Source: Alistipes sp. (GTDB lineage: Bacteria; Bacteroidota; Bacteroidia; Bacteroidales; Rikenellaceae). Taken from it: 64,000 nt of DNA. The stretch is taken from contig JAZRCN010000019.1 in assembly GCA_045659765.1 (NCBI GenBank), positions 12,775 to 76,774 on the forward strand, read 5' to 3'. Positions 1-10,539 of the stretch are shown one piece after another; position 1 is the stretch's first letter; every line of letters starts with the position of its first letter. Below the pieces are notes generated by a model. That model was not told the origin of the DNA. It worked only from the letters and a program-made list of their open reading frames with translations, and ran no database searches. Both the position numbers and the translations under genes were made by a program.

Positions 1-1
1 T

Positions 2-514
2 ATTTCGTTTGGCCTTGTCCCTGCGGTGATGATGTTCGACATCTTCAACCATTCGCAGTCGCTCTATGGCCTTAACCCCGAGGTCATGTCGTATGCAGGA
101 TACGCGACGTTCCTTATTGCGGCATTCTCGGCATTGCGTCTGGCTCGCTTCAATATAGACACTACACAGAGTAGCGAGTTTCGAGGTCTGCCCACACCTG
201 CTAATGCGCTGATGATTGCATCGCTGGCATTGCTCTTTGAGCAGGGTAGAGTGGAGCTTATGCAGGAGCATGTGCTTGTTATCAGCCTTGCTGCGGCGAT
301 GTTGCTCGTAAGCCCAATACGTATGTTCGCCCTTAAGTTCAAGGGCTTCGGTATTCGAGGTAATGAGTTGCGCTATGGCTTTATGCTCGTATCGCTCTTA
401 CTCATTATCTTCATCCCAACATACTCAATCCTTGCAATAATCGTTCTATACATTGTTCTTTCGACACTGCGTTGGATGTTTACAAAGTCGCAGGGCGGTG
501 AGAACAATAAATAG
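2..514 (+). CDS. pssA: CDP-diacylglycerol--serine O-phosphatidyltransferase (5'-truncated by window edge)
   Basis: Frame is open from base 2 (ISFGLVPA...); RLARFN and FRGLPTPA motifs of the PssA-type CDP-alcohol phosphatidyltransferases; hydrophobic. Confidence 0.85.
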   Translation: MSFGLVPAVMMFDIFNHSQSLYGLNPEVMSYAGYATFLIAAFSALRLARFNIDTTQSSEFRGLPTPANALMIASLALLFEQGRVELMQEHVLVISLAAAMLLVSPIRMFALKFKGFGIRGNELRYGFMLVSLLLIIFIPTYSILAIIVLYIVLSTLRWMFTKSQGGENNK

Positions 515-537
515 CGGGATAGATAAGCGTCGATAGG

Positions 538-2694
538 ATGAGAGTTATGCGTTCGATAATATGGCTTGCGATTGTGGTAGTGGCTATGCTGCTGCCCGAG
601 GTGTCGTACGCCCAAATCGACGCAGCTACCTTGGCGCGTTCTCAGCGCGAAAATCGCGACGACATCTACGGCAATAGCGCCAATCAAATGGGTTTCGGGA
701 CCGATGGTATGGCCACGGAGGAGGGTGCTGAGGGCGAGACGCAGGATTCTACCAAGACTAAGAAGGAGCGTGTGCGTAAGCCTCTCGAGTCTTACTACTT
801 CAGCGATACGGTGCGTGCGCTATCAAATTGGAAGTGGACCATAGATCCCGATTACAACCGTGTGAATATCGCACCTCTCGATACGACACTCGCGGATTGG
901 CGTATCGACTATGTCTTCTATCGCGAGGGTGTTGGCGATATGGCGTTGGGTGGTTTGGGTCAGTCATCGCAGCCGATAAATTGGTTTGATCGACGCCAAG
1001 ATGCCGACTTTACGTTTGCTCGTAGCTACGATGCCTACACGGCGCGTATCGACAATGTGCCGTTCTACAATAGTAAGAAGATTTTGACAAACCTAACCTA
1101 CTTAGAGTCGGGACAGAAGCGTTATCGTGAGGAGCATTTGGAGCTTACACACTCTCAGAATATTAACCCTTCGACATCGGCAAATGTGCAGTATAAGGCG
1201 CGTAGTACGAATGGTCTTTACGACTGGCAGCGCACCAAAAATCATGCACTCTCGGTGGGTGTGGCGCATACGGGTAAGCGCTATTCGGTTCATGCTGCCT
1301 ACATGAACAATATGGTACAGGCTCGCGAAAATGGTGGTGTCGTTGGCGAGTGGGCTATTGCCGATACGGTATTCGAGATGCCTTCGGGTGTGCCTATGCG
1401 TCTGGCATCATCGGAGGCTCAGAACCACTATCGCAACAACGCCTTCTTCGTGAAGCAGGCGTTGGCAATCCCGCTGGAGCGAGTTACGGAGTATGACTTC
1501 TCGCTGGCCGACCTTTCGGCAGTATTTATCGGCCACCAGTTCGAGTTTAATACATGGTCCAAGGTATATACCGATAAGCGAGCGTCGTATACCAACGAGC
1601 GCGGAGAATATGACGAAAAGGGCAATTATCGCCCTACGACACACGAATATTATGATAATTGGTATATAGATCCCAAGAATACGCGAGATTCTATCAGCGA
1701 GAGATTGATATCGAACAAACTCTTCGTGCAGGTGCAGCCATGGGATCGCAATGGTGTGATAAGTACTATTGATGCAGGTGTGGGACTCGATCTGCACACC
1801 TACTCATACCTCAATTTAAAAGACTATATTACAGGTAAGATGGCCCGTGATAAGCGTACATCGTGGTATGCCTACGGTGCGACGGGTGGTTATATTAAAC
1901 GCTATGCCGACTGGGGAGTAGATGTAAAATACTACCCGTCGGGCTATCGAGGCGGAGATCTCTCTGTGGGTGCTGATATCACCCTCAGGGCCTATATCCG
2001 CGAACATCCCCTGATTCTTAGCGGTAAGTTCCGTCAGGAGCTGCGCTCTCCCGGCTATTGGGAGGAGAATCTATTCTCAAACCACTATGCGTGGTTTAAC
2101 TCTTTCGACAAAGAGTCTGAGACTCGTTTCGAGGTGAACTTCTCGGTTCCAGGTATTGCCCTGGAGCTGGGAGCATGGCAAGGTGTCATGAGCAACATGA
2201 TCTATTACGACACCAACAGCCGCGTATCACAACACGATGGTACGGTGAGCCTCACGAGTCTGTATGCACGTAAGGATTTCCGCCTTGCGGGATTCCATCT
2301 CGATCACAGGGCATTGGTACAATTCACGTCCGATGAGAGTGTCCTTCCCGTACCACTGTTGAGTGCCTACCTCTCGTACTACTACGAGTTCTGGGTGGTG
2401 CGCGACGTGTTGCGTGTGCAGGTCGGTATTGATGGCCGTTTCAATACGGCATATCATGCTCCGAGCTACAACCCTGCACTCTCGGTCTTCTTCAATCAGC
2501 GCGAAGTAAAGGTGGGTAACTACCCCTATCTCGACGCTTTTGTGTCGGCCAAGTGGAAGCGCATGCGCATTTTGCTCAAGCTTCAGCATTTGAACCAAAA
2601 CCTATTTGGTAATGGTGAGTATTTCCAGGTTGCACGCTATCCGCTCAACCCACGAATGTTTAAGTTTGGTATCTCGTGGTCGTTCTACGACTAA
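538..2694 (+). CDS. Putative outer-membrane porin (Bacteroidota Porin_10-like beta-barrel)
   Basis: 718 aa with signal peptide; aromatic beta-strand C-terminus FKFGISWSFYD; GNYPYLDAF motif. Confidence 0.7.
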   Translation: MRVMRSIIWLAIVVVAMLLPEVSYAQIDAATLARSQRENRDDIYGNSANQMGFGTDGMATEEGAEGETQDSTKTKKERVRKPLESYYFSDTVRALSNWKWTIDPDYNRVNIAPLDTTLADWRIDYVFYREGVGDMALGGLGQSSQPINWFDRRQDADFTFARSYDAYTARIDNVPFYNSKKILTNLTYLESGQKRYREEHLELTHSQNINPSTSANVQYKARSTNGLYDWQRTKNHALSVGVAHTGKRYSVHAAYMNNMVQARENGGVVGEWAIADTVFEMPSGVPMRLASSEAQNHYRNNAFFVKQALAIPLERVTEYDFSLADLSAVFIGHQFEFNTWSKVYTDKRASYTNERGEYDEKGNYRPTTHEYYDNWYIDPKNTRDSISERLISNKLFVQVQPWDRNGVISTIDAGVGLDLHTYSYLNLKDYITGKMARDKRTSWYAYGATGGYIKRYADWGVDVKYYPSGYRGGDLSVGADITLRAYIREHPLILSGKFRQELRSPGYWEENLFSNHYAWFNSFDKESETRFEVNFSVPGIALELGAWQGVMSNMIYYDTNSRVSQHDGTVSLTSLYARKDFRLAGFHLDHRALVQFTSDESVLPVPLLSAYLSYYYEFWVVRDVLRVQVGIDGRFNTAYHAPSYNPALSVFFNQREVKVGNYPYLDAFVSAKWKRMRILLKLQHLNQNLFGNGEYFQVARYPLNPRMFKFGISWSFYD

Positions 2695-2738
2695 AGACGA
2701 GTATTGTGCTCTGATAGCAGCCCACAAACTGCTAAAAG

Positions 2739-3443
2739 ATGTTTAAAAAAGTATCGTTTGTGATTCTTGGTCTTGCGACAATCTCGGCCATAGAGTCAAT
2801 TAGCGGTAAGCCTCATGCCACTGCTGCATCTATATATCAGGCAGGCGTGAAGGATACCCAGAGTATGGTTGATGAGCAGATGGCTGTGACTGCCGAGCTG
2901 CCATGTATTATCTCTCGTTTCGACCCCATTATGAGGCGCGTCGGCGAGGAACAAGGACAAGATTGGCGACTGATGAGCGCAATAGCTTATAGCGAGTCGC
3001 GATTTATTGAAAACTTAGTGTCGAGTCAGGGTGCTGCAGGTATTATGCAGATACGCCCCATTGTAGCTCGTCACTTTAATGTGCCGGTCGAGAAACTTAG
3101 CGATACGGAGACTAACATACGCCTTGCAAGTATGTTGCTTGGTGAGTTGGGTAGGATGCTCCGCATACCTGCCGAAGTGTCGTCAGACGATAGGATGAAG
3201 CTTATCCTCGCGAGTTACAACGCTGGCGTGGGCCACGTTCAGGATGCACGTCGCCTGGCACGTGCCGAGGGTGCTAACCCCAACTCGTGGGCGGATGTAA
3301 GCCGTTACCTCAAGCTAAAGGCCGATCCTACATATTATAATAAGGAGGAGGTTCACAATGGCCGTTTTACGGGTAGTGGACAGACTCTTAGCTATGTAGA
3401 GGAGGTTATGAAGAAGTATTATCAATATTGTAAGTTGGCGTAG
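2739..3443 (+). CDS. Lytic transglycosylase, SLT domain (MltF-like)
   Basis: AIAYSESRF (catalytic Glu), GAAGIMQI and LASYNAG motifs. Confidence 0.85.
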   Translation: MFKKVSFVILGLATISAIESISGKPHATAASIYQAGVKDTQSMVDEQMAVTAELPCIISRFDPIMRRVGEEQGQDWRLMSAIAYSESRFIENLVSSQGAAGIMQIRPIVARHFNVPVEKLSDTETNIRLASMLLGELGRMLRIPAEVSSDDRMKLILASYNAGVGHVQDARRLARAEGANPNSWADVSRYLKLKADPTYYNKEEVHNGRFTGSGQTLSYVEEVMKKYYQYCKLA

Positions 3444-3470
3444 TTTAGCGCTTGCTATACAACTCCTTAC

Positions 3471-3510
3471 AAAAAGAGTGTGCCCATAAACTTGTTGGAC
3501 ACACTCTTTA
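3471..3510. terminator. Bidirectional hairpin terminator; near-identical copy at 26626-26664
   Basis: AAAAAGAGTGTGCCCA-taaacttgt-TGGACACACTCTTT between convergent genes. Confidence 0.7.
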
Positions 3511-3534
3511 CTTATATATGTATGTGTGTAGCGA

Positions 3535-4110
3535 TTAGCTCACCACATTGGCATTTACCTTAACGTAGTTGTAGCCCATCTTGCGGAGCTGTACCGCGAC
3601 GCCTACCTCGAACATGACCTTTGTCGTGCGAGCGAAGATATGGAAAGCCATAACGCTCTGCGCCTCGACCTGCTCCTTGCGGATAAGCGACTGCGCCCAT
3701 TCGGCCGTAGTGCGCACCATGTCCTCAAGCTTCTCAGCCTCGGGAGAGTTAAGGGGCGTGGTGAGGAGTATTTCGGTGATGTACTCATCCATGCAGTCGA
3801 ATCCGCGGGGCTCGGTGAGCATCTTGTGAATATCCTCTACGCCCTCGTAGCGCTTCCACTCCTTATCCCAAAGCACTGCAGCAGCCATACCTTCGTACAT
3901 AGCCCAGGCGATAGCTACAAGCGGATACTTGGCAATCTCGGGGACAGCATCTGCCATATATGATGGTGCTGCTGCGCGCCACTTCTCGTTAAGTTCCTCG
4001 ACCTCGAGAAGTTGTCCTTCGAGAAGTTTACGCTCCGTAAGACGCTCAACGATAGTCTTGCGAAGCTGCTCCTCGTAGCGGTTCAATACTTCGTGTTGTT
4101 GTTCTGTCAT
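3535..4110 (-). CDS. Hypothetical protein (helical)
   Basis: 191-aa ORF with host-like codon usage, last gene of the valS-rnhA run. Confidence 0.7.
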   Translation of the reverse strand: MTEQQHEVLNRYEEQLRKTIVERLTERKLLEGQLLEVEELNEKWRAAAPSYMADAVPEIAKYPLVAIAWAMYEGMAAAVLWDKEWKRYEGVEDIHKMLTEPRGFDCMDEYITEILLTTPLNSPEAEKLEDMVRTTAEWAQSLIRKEQVEAQSVMAFHIFARTTKVMFEVGVAVQLRKMGYNYVKVNANVVS

Positions 4111-4116
4111 TGTATC

Positions 4117-4710
4117 TTATCTCTTTGTTTTCTTTTTTCGTACCGACCAGCCGAAATGGCCGATCATCTCACCGAGGCGGAAGTACTCGCCGTGTGAATA
4201 GACTATTGGTCGGGCCTTATCCAATGAAAATTTGCCAGTCTCGGGGTCGATAAATCGCTCGTCGGCCTCTATACCTACGACATCGGCGATAAACATATCG
4301 TGCGAGCCGAGTTCCACGACTTGTCTAACCTTGCAGCATATCGACAATGGCGACTCGGCAACGAGGGGTGCTGCAACGTGGTTGTTGGCCATTGGAGTAA
4401 GTCCCATTGCCTCCCACTTGTTCACATCGCGACCCGACTTTACGCCACACCAATCCGTAGCACGAGCTATCTCCTCCGTCGTAAGGTTTATGACGAACTC
4501 TCCCGTGCGACGAATGATGTCGTAGGAGTGTCGCTCCTTGCGTACCGAGATGTAGCACATCGGAGGATTGGTACATACCGTACCTGTCCAGGCGATAGTG
4601 AGCAGGTTGTACTCCTCAGGTGTTGCTCCACAGCTAACCAACACCGCAGGTAGCGGGTAGATAAGCGTGCCAGGCTTCCACGACTGCTTCTTAAACTCCT
4701 TATCCGTCAT
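4117..4710 (-). CDS. Flavin reductase-like FMN-binding protein
   Basis: YPLPAVLVSCG, EFVINL and LGSHDMFIA motifs. Confidence 0.85.
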   Translation of the reverse strand: MTDKEFKKQSWKPGTLIYPLPAVLVSCGATPEEYNLLTIAWTGTVCTNPPMCYISVRKERHSYDIIRRTGEFVINLTTEEIARATDWCGVKSGRDVNKWEAMGLTPMANNHVAAPLVAESPLSICCKVRQVVELGSHDMFIADVVGIEADERFIDPETGKFSLDKARPIVYSHGEYFRLGEMIGHFGWSVRKKKTKR

Positions 4711-5152
4711 ATCCCGTATCCTCCATAAGCTTTGGCTGCGATGCTGCGGCTACTGCCAGCTCGTCGCAGCGATTATTCTCAACGGTCGAGGCGTGACCCT
4801 TGACCCATACAAAGCGCACATTATGGCGACGATATACCCTCAGAAAACGCATCCATAGGTCGGGATTCTTCTTACCCGCAAAGCCCTTCTTCTCCCATCC
4901 GAAGACCCAACGCTGGTTTACTGCCTCGACGACATACTTCGAGTCGGAGTATAGCGTTACGTTCGAACCGTCATACTTGAGGGCCTCCAAAGCTACGCAT
5001 ACGCCCATAAGCTCCATGCGGTTGTTGGTCGTAAGGCGGAAACCTTCGGATAGCTCCTTGCGGTAGGGTCCCGAGAGTAGTACAACACCATAGCCGCCCG
5101 GACCAGGGTTGCCCCTGGCCGAGCCGTCGGTGTATATCACAATATCTGCCAT
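4700..5152 (-). CDS. rnhA: Ribonuclease HI
   Basis: IYTDGSARGNPGPGG, TTNNRMEL, YSDSKY, WVKGHA, NNRCDELA. Confidence 0.95.
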   Translation of the reverse strand: MADIVIYTDGSARGNPGPGGYGVVLLSGPYRKELSEGFRLTTNNRMELMGVCVALEALKYDGSNVTLYSDSKYVVEAVNQRWVFGWEKKGFAGKKNPDLWMRFLRVYRRHNVRFVWVKGHASTVENNRCDELAVAAASQPKLMEDTGYDG

Positions 5153-5176
5153 CGCTTAGTCGCGTTCGAATATCTA

Positions 5177-7801
5177 CTACTGCAATGCAGCCATCTGCTC
5201 CTTAATTGCGGCAATCTTTGCCTCGGCATCAGCCTGCTTTGCGCGCTCGTTAGCAACAACCTTCTCGGGTGCCGAGCTTACGAAACGCTCGTTCGAAAGC
5301 TTTTTCATAACGCTTGCGAGGAAGCCCTCGTAGTAGGTGAGATCCTCCGCAAGCTTCTTCAACTCTGCCTCGCGGTCGATCTTACCCTCCATAGGGATAA
5401 AGTACTGCGTGGTCTTGATGATAAATGCTGCAGCGGTGCTATCCTTCTCGGTTACGGCTTCAATCTGCTTGATGTTACCCATCTTTGCGATAACGGCTGC
5501 ATACTCCTTAGGATAGTTCTCATCAGCGATATAGTTGAGTGCCAAAGCCTCCTTCTGTGCGATGTTCTTCTGCTTGCGTACGTTACGTATTGCCGAGATA
5601 GCCTCCTGAGCAAGTGTGAAACGTGCCAAAATCTGCTCGTTAGCCTCGCGGTCGGCCACTGGCTGACGAGCGATAACGATAGACTTAACATCTGCCTCGG
5701 GCTTCAAGTCCTGCCAGATCTCCTCGGTGATAAATGGCATGAAGGGGTGCAACAGACGAAGCAACATATCGAAGTAGTGCTTTGTGCGTGCGATAGTCTT
5801 GGCATCTGCAGGCTGCTGGTATGCTGGCTTAACCATCTCCAAGTACCAGCCGCTGAAGTCATCCCAGAATAGACGATAAAGCTCTGTGAAGGCCTCCGAG
5901 ATGCGGTACTGCTCCATATCGCGGTCGATGCGTGCCACGCGCTCTGTCATAACCTCGTCGAACCACTCGATAGCCTCGCGGCAAGCCTCGCTCTGTTCCA
6001 ACTTCTCGTCTACCTCCCACATGTTGATCAAGCGGTAGGCATTCCAGATCTTGTTGCCGAAGTTACGGCCCTGCTCGCACAACGCCTCATCGAACATTAC
6101 ATCGTTACCTGCCGATGTAGACATAAGCATAGCTACACGCATACCATCGGCACCATACTTAGCGATAAGATCGAGCGGATCGGGCGAGTTGCCGAGCTGC
6201 TTCGACATCTTACGGCCAAGCTTGTCGCGTACGATACCTGTGAAGTATACGTTGCCGAATGGCTTCTCATTGCGCCACTCGTAACCCGCCATAATCATAC
6301 GTGCCACCCAGAAGAAGATGATATCTGGACCTGTTACAAGGTCGTTAGTGGGGTAGTAGTACTCGATCTCGGGGTTGTTGGGATAGCGCAAGCCATCGAA
6401 TACCGAGATAGGCCACAACCATGATGAGAACCATGTGTCGAGAACATCCTCATCCTGGCGCAAGTCGGCCATAGTGAGCGATGCGTCCTTCTCCTGAGCA
6501 AGTGCCAAAGCCTCCTCTGCGGTCTCAGCTACGACGTAACCACCCTTAGGAAGGTAGTATGCTGGGATGCGCTGACCCCACCACAACTGACGTGAGATAC
6601 ACCAATCCTTGATGTTCTCCATCCAGTGGCGGTATGTGTTCTTATACTTTGCGGGAACAAACTTGATAATATCCTCCAATACGGCAGTCGTAGCGGGCTT
6701 TGCAAGCTCCTCCATAGACAAGAACCACTGCATAGAGAGCTTAGGCTCGATAGCTACGCCTGTACGCTCCGAGTATCCCACATTGTTGGTGTATGGCTCA
6801 ACCTTCTCCAAGAGGTTAGCTGCGGCAAGGTCGCCCTCGATAACGCGGCGACACTCGAAACGCTCCATGCCAACGTACATGCCAACCTTATCGTTGATCG
6901 TGCCGTTGTCGTTGAAGATGTCGATAGCCTCGAGACCGAACTTCTCGCCAAGCATATAGTCATTAACATCGTGTGCAGGGGTTACCTTCAAAGCACCAGT
7001 ACCAAACTCGAGGTCTACGTACTCATCGCGAATTACGGGGATAGAGCGGCCTACGAGAGGAACAATCACGCGTGCATCATCGGCGAGCCACTTGTAACGC
7101 TCGTCGTTGGGGTTTACGCACAATGCAGTATCGCCAAGGATAGTCTCGGGACGTGTTGTTGCAACTACGATATACTTATCCGTACCCTCAACCTGATAGC
7201 GCAAGTAGTAGAGCTTACCCTGCGACTCCTTGTATACTACCTCCTCGTCAGAGAGGGCAGTGAGCGCTGATGGATCCCAGTTTACCATGCGTACACCGCG
7301 ATAGATGCGGCCCTTGCGGTAGAGATCTACGAATACCTTGATAACACCTGCGGTGCGAGCCTCGTCCATCGTGAAGCATGTGCGCTCCCAGTCGCACGAA
7401 GCACCCAACTTGCGGAGCTGCTGGAGGATGATGCCGCCATGCTTCTCCTTCCACTCCCAAGCGTGCTTGAGGAACTCCTCGCGTGTGAGCGACGACTTGT
7501 CGATACCCTCAGCCTTGAGCTTAGCAACAACCTTAGCCTCCGTAGCGATAGATGCGTGGTCGGTACCTGGTACCCAGCAGGCATTCTTACCCTGCATACG
7601 TGCACGACGCACCAATACATCCTGCAACGTGTTGTTGAGCATGTGACCCATGTGCAACATACCTGTTACGTTGGGGGGAGGAATAACGATTGTATAGGGC
7701 TCGCGCTCGTCGGGCTCTGAGTGGAAAAGGTTGTTATCAATCCAGAAGTCGTACCACTTCTGCTCGATTGTTTCGGGTGAATACTTGTCTGCTAACTGCA
7801 T
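5177..7801 (-). CDS. valS: Valine--tRNA ligase
   Basis: [13 protein letters not shown] (HIGH), KMSKQ (KMSKS), [12 protein letters not shown]-terminal coiled coil. Confidence 0.97.
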   Translation of the reverse strand: MQLADKYSPETIEQKWYDFWIDNNLFHSEPDEREPYTIVIPPPNVTGMLHMGHMLNNTLQDVLVRRARMQGKNACWVPGTDHASIATEAKVVAKLKAEGIDKSSLTREEFLKHAWEWKEKHGGIILQQLRKLGASCDWERTCFTMDEARTAGVIKVFVDLYRKGRIYRGVRMVNWDPSALTALSDEEVVYKESQGKLYYLRYQVEGTDKYIVVATTRPETILGDTALCVNPNDERYKWLADDARVIVPLVGRSIPVIRDEYVDLEFGTGALKVTPAHDVNDYMLGEKFGLEAIDIFNDNGTINDKVGMYVGMERFECRRVIEGDLAAANLLEKVEPYTNNVGYSERTGVAIEPKLSMQWFLSMEELAKPATTAVLEDIIKFVPAKYKNTYRHWMENIKDWCISRQLWWGQRIPAYYLPKGGYVVAETAEEALALAQEKDASLTMADLRQDEDVLDTWFSSWLWPISVFDGLRYPNNPEIEYYYPTNDLVTGPDIIFFWVARMIMAGYEWRNEKPFGNVYFTGIVRDKLGRKMSKQLGNSPDPLDLIAKYGADGMRVAMLMSTSAGNDVMFDEALCEQGRNFGNKIWNAYRLINMWEVDEKLEQSEACREAIEWFDEVMTERVARIDRDMEQYRISEAFTELYRLFWDDFSGWYLEMVKPAYQQPADAKTIARTKHYFDMLLRLLHPFMPFITEEIWQDLKPEADVKSIVIARQPVADREANEQILARFTLAQEAISAIRNVRKQKNIAQKEALALNYIADENYPKEYAAVIAKMGNIKQIEAVTEKDSTAAAFIIKTTQYFIPMEGKIDREAELKKLAEDLTYYEGFLASVMKKLSNERFVSSAPEKVVANERAKQADAEAKIAAIKEQMAALQ

Positions 7802-7897
7802 AATCTTATGTTTTTGTTATTGTTATCGTCAAACTTGTTCATCGAAATTGTCGCGCGTCACATACGTATGCATGCACATCGCGTGCGCAACATTCGA

Positions 7898-7905
7898 CAA
7901 AGATA
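7898..7905 (-). promoter_or_regulatory. Bacteroidota -7 promoter box for valS
   Basis: CAAAGATA on + = TATCTTTG (TAnnTTTG consensus) about 100 bp upstream of valS. Confidence 0.55.
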
Positions 7906-7931
7906 TAATATTTTCTTCTAAAATCAAAAAA

Positions 7932-8052
7932 AGAAACTGCATAAAAGGCTGTTCTAGTATTATGCTCATTCTTAAAATGCTCGCATACGTCTCGGTATGC
8001 TACGCTTTTTCGAACTTTGCAAGCCTAAAATCAGCTCCTTTATACAGTTTCT
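7932..8052. repeat. ~121-bp hairpin/MITE-like element, subfamily B (homologue at 26452-26577)
   Basis: Terminal IR AGAAACTGCATAAA...TTTATACAGTTTCT; shares AAAATGCTC, CGCTTTTTCG and GCCTAAAATCAGCTC with the 26452 copy; apical GCATAC-gtctcg-GTATGC. Confidence 0.8.
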
Positions 8053-8072
8053 CTGTGCTGTGTGAGTCTATC

Positions 8073-10412
8073 TTAGATGTGGAACTTCACACCGAAGAAA
8101 TATGTGCGTGGAAGTGCTGGACCATAGATATATGCCGAGTCACGACCTGCGCCAAGGTCAATATCATTTTGGTATGCGTCAAAGATATTCTTTACGCCAG
8201 CATTAACCTCCAACTTGATGATATCCGATAGTTTAAACGTGTAGCCTACTTTGAAACCAAAATCCCAAAAATCGGGAGTCTCGACATCCGAGTCGGGCAT
8301 CTCCACGCCATCGAGTGTTGTGTATGCGCTATGCTGTACGAGCATCTTGCCAGTGTAGGTGCCAAAGAGCGATGCGTTGAGCTGGCGTGTGATGTAGAAG
8401 TTGGCGTTGAGGTATCCGTAGTGGTCGGGTGAGCGGTACATGCGGCGCTGTGCCACAACGTCGTCTGACCACTGCTCAGGCTCGACATATTGGCTCTTCT
8501 GGAAGGTGTAGCCAAGCTGAACATCAAAGACGTTGGCGATGCCCAACTTCATCTCGGCAGTAACACCTCCAACGCGCGCTCCCGCAGCATTGCGACGAGT
8601 CTTATAGATGAAGTTATTACCCTCAGCATCGGTGCTCTCACCCGTCTTCTCGAGCGTAAATACATCGTTGAGCATGGTGTAGAATCCCTCTACCAATATA
8701 TTGGTCTGAAGGCGTCCGAAGGTGTGGTAATAGTCGGCCGAAGCACTCAACGAGTGTGAGAACTCGGGACGCAGATTTGGGTCTATCTCAATGATTGATA
8801 CAGAGTGGTTTAGGGCGTCAATGTGAAGATCCTCATTGTAGGCCTGAGGTGCGCGATAACCGCTCGAATATGAGAGGCGTAAGCCGAGATTTTCGATTGG
8901 ACTATAACGCACATTTGCACGGGGAGCGAAGATCGGGCGATCAATCATATTATGCTTATCGAGGCGGAAGCCGATGAGGATATTGATCATGTCGCTCTTC
9001 CACTCGTTCTGCGCAAAGAGACCTACGGTCGAGGTCTGCTGATCGAGGATGCGATCGGTTGCGATATAGTGGTCGTTGAGCGAGTTGTAGTTGTACTCAA
9101 CACCTGCGGTAAGCTCCGCGGGAAGGCCCGCCTTGTAGTTATATGTGTACTGTCCACCTGCGACATACATAAAATCCTTGGTCGTACCATAGGCGTTGGG
9201 GTTCATGTCTGCACCGAAGTAGCTCGAGCGGCTGATGCCCTGCGCCGAGGTGTAGATGCTTGCACGATGACGCATATTGGGGAAGTAGTCGAACTTGATG
9301 CCACCACCGTCGATATTGTGGTCTACCTGTTCGCAGATGTATGACATGTGGGGTGCGCCATCGAGGTTATCACCGCCACGGCGGAAGTCGTGAATGTGGT
9401 GATACTCAGCCGATAGGCGCGAGTGTGTTGAGGTCTTGTAGTAGGCGCGGAAACCTGCGGTCTCGGAGCGTAGACGTGTGATGTCGGAGAAGCCGTCGTC
9501 GTTGCGGTCATAGCCGTCGCGATACTTCACCTGGCCGAAGATATATGCGCCCATTTTGTAGTCATCCGACACGAAAGCGCCACCTAACGAGGTGTTGATA
9601 TCGGGAGTGCCATCCTCCATGAAATTGCTGGTATTTGACAACGAAATGGTGTTGCGCACGGGATCTTTCGTGATGATATTTACCACGCCACCGATGGCGT
9701 TAGAGCCGAAGAGTGCCGAGCCACCGCCACGTATCACCTCGACGCGCTCGACCATGGCTACGGGCATAAGGTCGAGGCCGTATACGCCCGCCAATGATGA
9801 GAAGATAGCACGGCTATCGAGCAGAATCTGAGAGTATTGACCCTCCAGACCATTGATGCGTAGCTGGGGTGCTCCGCAGTTGCCGCAAGTATTCTCTACG
9901 CGTAGTCCCGACTGGAAGTTCATCGCCTCGGAGAGGTTAGCCGCAGCCGTGCCCTCGAAGAGCTTGGTTGAGGCTACGTTTACCACGGTTGATGTCTTGC
10001 GACGGTCGGTCTCGTTGCGTGTTGCCGAAACTACAATCTCATCGACGATAAGAGCCGAGCTCTCGAGCGAGAAGTTGAGCTCTATGGTGGTGTTACGGTC
10101 GGCAGTATATAGATACTCTATTGTATTGTAGCCCATTGCCGAGATTACGAGCATTACGTCGCCCTCGGGGAGGTTGTTGATGCGGTAATGGCCTGTGCCG
10201 TCAGCAGCACAGCCTATAGTTGTATCCTTAACGGCAATCGTAGCGTAGGGAATATGCTCCTCGCTGGTAGCGTCGATGATGTGACCGAAGATATTGGCAT
10301 CGGTATTTTTGCTTCGAGGCTTCTCGTGTGTGAGTGTTGTCGTTGGAATATTGGTCTGTGCCCATGCGTTGCAACTGATGAAAAGAGCAAGGGCTAATAG
10401 TATGTGTTTCAT
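8073..10412 (-). CDS. TonB-dependent receptor, probable metal uptake (CxxC in plug)
   Basis: Likely start at MKHILL (10412); carboxypeptidase-regulatory-like N-domain, ENTCGNCG, ERVEVIRGGGSALFG plug motif, C-terminal FGVKFHI. Confidence 0.88.
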   Translation of the reverse strand: MKHILLALALFISCNAWAQTNIPTTTLTHEKPRSKNTDANIFGHIIDATSEEHIPYATIAVKDTTIGCAADGTGHYRINNLPEGDVMLVISAMGYNTIEYLYTADRNTTIELNFSLESSALIVDEIVVSATRNETDRRKTSTVVNVASTKLFEGTAAANLSEAMNFQSGLRVENTCGNCGAPQLRINGLEGQYSQILLDSRAIFSSLAGVYGLDLMPVAMVERVEVIRGGGSALFGSNAIGGVVNIITKDPVRNTISLSNTSNFMEDGTPDINTSLGGAFVSDDYKMGAYIFGQVKYRDGYDRNDDGFSDITRLRSETAGFRAYYKTSTHSRLSAEYHHIHDFRRGGDNLDGAPHMSYICEQVDHNIDGGGIKFDYFPNMRHRASIYTSAQGISRSSYFGADMNPNAYGTTKDFMYVAGGQYTYNYKAGLPAELTAGVEYNYNSLNDHYIATDRILDQQTSTVGLFAQNEWKSDMINILIGFRLDKHNMIDRPIFAPRANVRYSPIENLGLRLSYSSGYRAPQAYNEDLHIDALNHSVSIIEIDPNLRPEFSHSLSASADYYHTFGRLQTNILVEGFYTMLNDVFTLEKTGESTDAEGNNFIYKTRRNAAGARVGGVTAEMKLGIANVFDVQLGYTFQKSQYVEPEQWSDDVVAQRRMYRSPDHYGYLNANFYITRQLNASLFGTYTGKMLVQHSAYTTLDGVEMPDSDVETPDFWDFGFKVGYTFKLSDIIKLEVNAGVKNIFDAYQNDIDLGAGRDSAYIYGPALPRTYFFGVKFHI

Positions 10413-10539
10413 TGTGAAAAAAAGTGTTGTTGTTTGTGTGCAAAGGTAGTCGCTATACAAGCAATGCACAATCGCCTAAAGTGGTGATTTTGCATCTGTT
10501 GTATGTGTAATAATGACTATAATTGGGGGTGTTGAGCAC

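Noticed and set aside
7802-7900. T-box or riboswitch upstream of valS
   Set aside because: Only short alternating purine/pyrimidine palindromes; no T-box consensus, and the leader is too short
7731-8231. 166-aa plus-strand ORF spanning the valS/receptor intergenic region
   Set aside because: Overlaps two real genes on the opposite strand and a repeat element; composition is not protein-like
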